From an uncultured delta proteobacterium (lineage in GTDB: Bacteria > Bdellovibrionota > FAC87 > UBA2466), in NCBI GenBank assembly GCA_963778115.1, contig CAVZSV010000004.1:2208001-2272000 (forward strand): a stretch of 64,000 nucleotides of DNA. The letters are read 5' to 3'. A program made the position numbers and the translations under genes. This document shows, piece after piece, positions 60,452 to 64,000 of this stretch. The notes under the pieces are model-generated. The model saw nothing but the letters and a program-made list of their open reading frames with translations. It made no database searches and was not told where the DNA came from. Every line of letters starts with the position of its first letter. Position 1 is the stretch's first letter.

Positions 60452-60480
60452 AAAAAGGAAAGGGCGCCTTTCGGCGCCCT
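60452..60480 (-). terminator. Intrinsic terminator
   Basis: agggcgcc-gaaa-ggcgccct hairpin followed by ttccttttt on the minus strand. Confidence 0.75.
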
Positions 60481-60518
60481 CAATAGAACCATTCTTGTCT
60501 CTACGTTCCGCTTCTCGA

Positions 60519-61067
60519 TTAGTAGTTATGGACGAATGGATTGGTTTGAACAGAAACCACGGGTTCGGGATTGCCAAAGAGGGTTCGGGTCCCGTCTTGG
60601 CCGGCGCTATTGATTAGCGTCGCTTCCCAACCGAATTTTTGATAGTCCTCGCAAAGTCGTGTGCTGTGATCGACTACTTGAAGCGTTCGAGGATTGCGAG
60701 TCACATTCCCTTGAAGATCCGCGGGAACGAATTCTTGCGCAATGTAAAACGTACTTCCACAAGCGCCCGTCCTTATCGTCTTAACAATAAAAAGTGCGGT
60801 CTCGGGGATGGGACTGCAAGTTCCCGGCAAGCAATGCATGCGGTGCTCTTCGAAAAAGGTAAACGAGGTAGGACGCGCCGAACCGTCTTCCCGATTCATC
60901 GTTAAAGTCTTGTCGAGTCCGATGGTAACTTCGTGTCCCGTAGCGTCTTGTTCCTCAAGACTTGCCTGGAACACAGGGCGCTGCCAACCCGGAGCGATAA
61001 TTCCGTACGCATGATAGGCGCTAATCATAAAAATAATGCCGAGACATTTACTCCATGTGTTATTCAT
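60519..61067 (-). CDS. Hypothetical secreted protein
   Basis: ggagg RBS, signal peptide, four Cys, sigma54 motif upstream and terminator downstream. Confidence 0.75.
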   Translation of the reverse strand: MNNTWSKCLGIIFMISAYHAYGIIAPGWQRPVFQASLEEQDATGHEVTIGLDKTLTMNREDGSARPTSFTFFEEHRMHCLPGTCSPIPETALFIVKTIRTGACGSTFYIAQEFVPADLQGNVTRNPRTLQVVDHSTRLCEDYQKFGWEATLINSAGQDGTRTLFGNPEPVVSVQTNPFVHNY

Positions 61068-61126
61068 TTCAAAATCCTCCAAAAAAGTTTTGGCCCCAAA
61101 TTGTGAGACAACGCGGGGAGGTCTAA

Positions 61127-61141
61127 GCAATCATCATGCCA
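61127..61141 (-). promoter_or_regulatory. Putative sigma54 promoter
   Basis: Minus strand TGGCATGATGATTGC. Confidence 0.72.
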
Positions 61142-61354
61142 GAAGGCGGATAGAGAAATTCCTCAGTAAGTTTCACGGGGCGTCGTGACTGCGCGCCGGA
61201 TTAATTCACCCAAGTGGTGCCATTAAGCCTCGCGTTATCGACGAAAAACTACGAGGTAATTCCAAAATGGGTACGCTATAATAGGAATGAACCTCTAGTC
61301 TCCTTTAGATCGAATTCTTTCCAACCACCGTCTTAACTTAAAGGGAATTCTCAT

Positions 61355-62347
61355 ATGTTGCCATCGACTGAAGTCGACTCATCTTCTTCGTTTGCACGAT
61401 CGGAAAGCCGCGCGACTCAAGCGGCACCAAACAAATCCATGCTATGGGAAAAAGTTCCCTGCAATCTCTGCGGTTCTTGGGAAGTGGAAACCAAGTACGA
61501 AGGCACGACCGATCAGGACATGGAGAAGATGCTCAAGTCCTATAGTGCTTCGGGAAATTTCATCTCCCAAGAAACTTTAGTGAAGTGCAAGAAATGCGAA
61601 CTAGTCTTTACGTCGCCCCGTCTTCGTCGCGATCTCATTTTAAAGAGTTACACCGAAGCCGAAGACCCGACCTACGTTTCCCAAGCTGAAGGGCGAATTA
61701 AGAGTTTCGAGCGGTGTTTCAAAGCCGTCACCAAATACCAAGCCACGGGAAAAATTTTAGACGTAGGAGCTGCCGCTGGGTTTTTCTTAAAGGTTGCTAA
61801 AGAGGCGGGTTGGAAGACTTATGGTATCGAACCTTCCCTTTATCTGTCGGCCTACGGAAACCGTAACTACGACGTCAACATTCAATGCGGAACGATTGAA
61901 ACCGTTCCTCCGTTATCGGAAAAGATGGATGTAGTGACCCTATGGGATGTTCTCGAGCATACTTTCGAGCCGAAAGATGTCCTAAAGCGTTGCAACGGGT
62001 ATTTGCGTCAGGGCGGAATCGTAGTCATTAACTATCCCAATATCGGAAACTGGATGGCCAAGATGGCCGGACGAAAATATTGGTTCATTCTTTCCGTTCA
62101 TCTTTACTACTTTGTTCCCAAGACCATCGCTGAAATGTTGCGGCAGACCGGATTTGAAGTGCTTGAAGATGCTCCTCACTACCAGTGGTTGCAACTAGGC
62201 TATCTGTTGTATCGGTTGGAAGCCTATGTCCCCTCCGTGGCCAAGTTCTTTGGAAAGGTAGCGAAGTTTTTGCACTGTGACCAATTACTCATTCCTTACT
62301 ACGCCGCGCAAACGCGTGTCATCGCCAGAAAGGTAAGTCCTGTATGA
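61355..62347 (+). CDS. Class I SAM-dependent methyltransferase with N-terminal Zn ribbon
   Basis: CNLCG...CKKC, ILDVGAAAG, WDVLEH, HLYYF. Confidence 0.9.
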   Translation: MLPSTEVDSSSSFARSESRATQAAPNKSMLWEKVPCNLCGSWEVETKYEGTTDQDMEKMLKSYSASGNFISQETLVKCKKCELVFTSPRLRRDLILKSYTEAEDPTYVSQAEGRIKSFERCFKAVTKYQATGKILDVGAAAGFFLKVAKEAGWKTYGIEPSLYLSAYGNRNYDVNIQCGTIETVPPLSEKMDVVTLWDVLEHTFEPKDVLKRCNGYLRQGGIVVINYPNIGNWMAKMAGRKYWFILSVHLYYFVPKTIAEMLRQTGFEVLEDAPHYQWLQLGYLLYRLEAYVPSVAKFFGKVAKFLHCDQLLIPYYAAQTRVIARKVSPV

Positions 62348-63780
62348 GCGGTATTGAAAGACGCAAAAAAGTAGTGGTGTTAGGAGCGGGAGTCACGGGC
62401 CTTAGTGCGGCTTACCGATTGAGCCGTAGTGGGGATGTCCAAGTCGATGTCGTCGAGAAGGAAGCACTTCCCGGAGGAGTTTGCCGGAGCTTTACTGAGG
62501 GGGACTTCATTTTGGATCACGGCCCTCATAAATTTTATACGCTTATCGATGGCATTTTAGACGAACTGTGTGCCTTGATGGGCGATGACCTGCTGGAAAG
62601 GGACAAAACCCAGAGCCTCTATTTCGCCGGCAAGTATTTTAGTTTTCCTCTGAAGATGAGCGAAATGGTACTTAAGTTTCCGCCCACGACTAGTGCTCAA
62701 GTTCTTTTAAGCTACGCCGCTCAAATATTAAAAAATCAGTTCGCCCCAAAACAGGCGATTACGTATGAAGATTTTATCGTGGAGCGTTTCGGACGCGGCC
62801 TCTATCAGCAGATCTTTGAACCGATGGCACGAAAGGTATTTGGAGCCCCCGAAGGTCTCGATAGAAAATTAGCCGAAGTTCGGGTTTCGACACCCGGACT
62901 CATGGCCGTCATTAAACAGGTACTCTTTAAATCAAAAGTGGACAGGACCGTTTCAGCCCCCATGTTTCATTATCCCAAGTACGGTTACGGAATGATTCCT
63001 CAAAGGCTTCAGGAGAAATCTGAAGCCAATGGAGCCAAATACCATTTAGGAGCTAAGGTTCTTAAGATCGAAACCAAAGACGGAAAAGCTTCAGCCGTTG
63101 TTATCGAAAACAAGAACGGTGAAACGGTCAGATTAGAATGCGATTACATCGTCTATACGATTCCGCTCTCCGCTTTGGAAAAGTTGCTAATGAGCGAAGT
63201 CTCTCCCGAGATTCGAGAGGCAACACGATTTGTCTCTTACCGGCATTCCATTATCTATTACTATTTGTTGAAATCGGAACCGGTATTACCGGCTATTTGG
63301 GTATTTTGCCCTGAATCGAAATTCAGATTTGGGCGGCTGAGCGAGATGGTGAAATTCTCACCTCATACGGCTCCTCCCGGTCATACCTCTCTCATGGTGG
63401 ATTTTACCTGCGAAGGAAATGACCCGGTATGGTCGATGGACGACAAAGCTCTAGGTGAAATGCTGTATCAGCAGCTAGAGCCAATGAAGTTGTTCGGCCG
63501 TCCCCAAATATTAAAGAGCTTCTCGAAGCGGTTTCCCAATCTTTATCCCACCTACTCGGTGGGTTACCAAAAGCACATTGCGGCAATCCGTTCCTTGGAA
63601 AAACAGCTAAATAACCTGTTCTTTATTGGTAGGCTCGGAGACTTCAATTACAACAACGCCGATCAATGCCTAGATATGGGGTTCCGTGCCGCCGATCACA
63701 TCATTGAAAAGGGTGGCGTTGACTTGGGCTGGCAACAGCTACGCAGTCAACAGTTTGAACAATATAAGATCGTAGACTGA
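62344..63780 (+). CDS. FAD-dependent oxidoreductase (HemY/amine oxidase/UDP-galactopyranose mutase-like)
   Basis: VVLGAGVTGLSAA, DHGPHKF, GRLGDFNYNNADQ. Confidence 0.85.
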   Translation: MSGIERRKKVVVLGAGVTGLSAAYRLSRSGDVQVDVVEKEALPGGVCRSFTEGDFILDHGPHKFYTLIDGILDELCALMGDDLLERDKTQSLYFAGKYFSFPLKMSEMVLKFPPTTSAQVLLSYAAQILKNQFAPKQAITYEDFIVERFGRGLYQQIFEPMARKVFGAPEGLDRKLAEVRVSTPGLMAVIKQVLFKSKVDRTVSAPMFHYPKYGYGMIPQRLQEKSEANGAKYHLGAKVLKIETKDGKASAVVIENKNGETVRLECDYIVYTIPLSALEKLLMSEVSPEIREATRFVSYRHSIIYYYLLKSEPVLPAIWVFCPESKFRFGRLSEMVKFSPHTAPPGHTSLMVDFTCEGNDPVWSMDDKALGEMLYQQLEPMKLFGRPQILKSFSKRFPNLYPTYSVGYQKHIAAIRSLEKQLNNLFFIGRLGDFNYNNADQCLDMGFRAADHIIEKGGVDLGWQQLRSQQFEQYKIVD

Positions 63781-63804
63781 AACTAATTTGATCCAAGAAA
63801 ACCT

Positions 63805-64000
63805 ATGAGGCGTATTCATGCGAATCGAACCAGTCGCATCTATTTCACGTGTACCTTTGCGCTCTGGGTTTTAGTAAATGTCATTTACGTGGCTTGGGAA
63901 GCGAAGCCGCCGTTTTTAGATGTCTTTCTCTTTAAAGAGGCGGGTGTTAATTTAGCCACCGAAGGCAGGTTTGTTGCCGCTAACCTCCCTCACATGCCTC
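63805..64000 (+). CDS. Membrane protein, partial (possibly GT-C glycosyltransferase)
   Basis: MRRIHANR...TM...PPFLDVFLFKEAGVNLATEG, open to the end of the window. Confidence 0.5.
   Translation, partial: MRRIHANRTSRIYFTCTFALWVLVNVIYVAWEAKPPFLDVFLFKEAGVNLATEGRFVAANLPHMP

Overview
This is a bacterial chromosomal window. The gspC-D-E genes, sigma54-type promoters and many orphan secreted proteins suggest a Bdellovibrionota/delta-proteobacterial lineage, which is an inference. The housekeeping backbone is gspCDE, a CDF transporter, yjbQ, tRNA-Lys, a glycosyltransferase cluster, tRNA-Cys, ftsEX-envC, aceE-def-upp, a DnaQ-like exonuclease, tRNA-Arg, an ABC solute-binding protein and a methyltransferase/FAD-oxidoreductase pair. 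The main discovery is at about 48.4-57.7 kb: a tandem stack of integrative elements inserted into tRNA-Arg(CCG) in the unusual orientation that duplicates the 5' half of the tRNA. Each element has conserved arms with TGTTCCCA repeats and carries a replacement tRNA promoter. One unit carries a tyrosine integrase plus an HTH-PP2C phosphatase / RsbW-like kinase / STAS partner-switching operon with no sigma factor. A second is an integrase-less single-gene (HEAT lipoprotein) cassette, and a third is a decayed mosaic. Related ~100-bp hairpin mini-insertions duplicate the ends of both tRNA-Arg and tRNA-Cys. An integrase-less 5-kb island sits at the 3' end of tRNA-Cys. Three genes are frameshifted at homopolymers, possibly through assembly errors.
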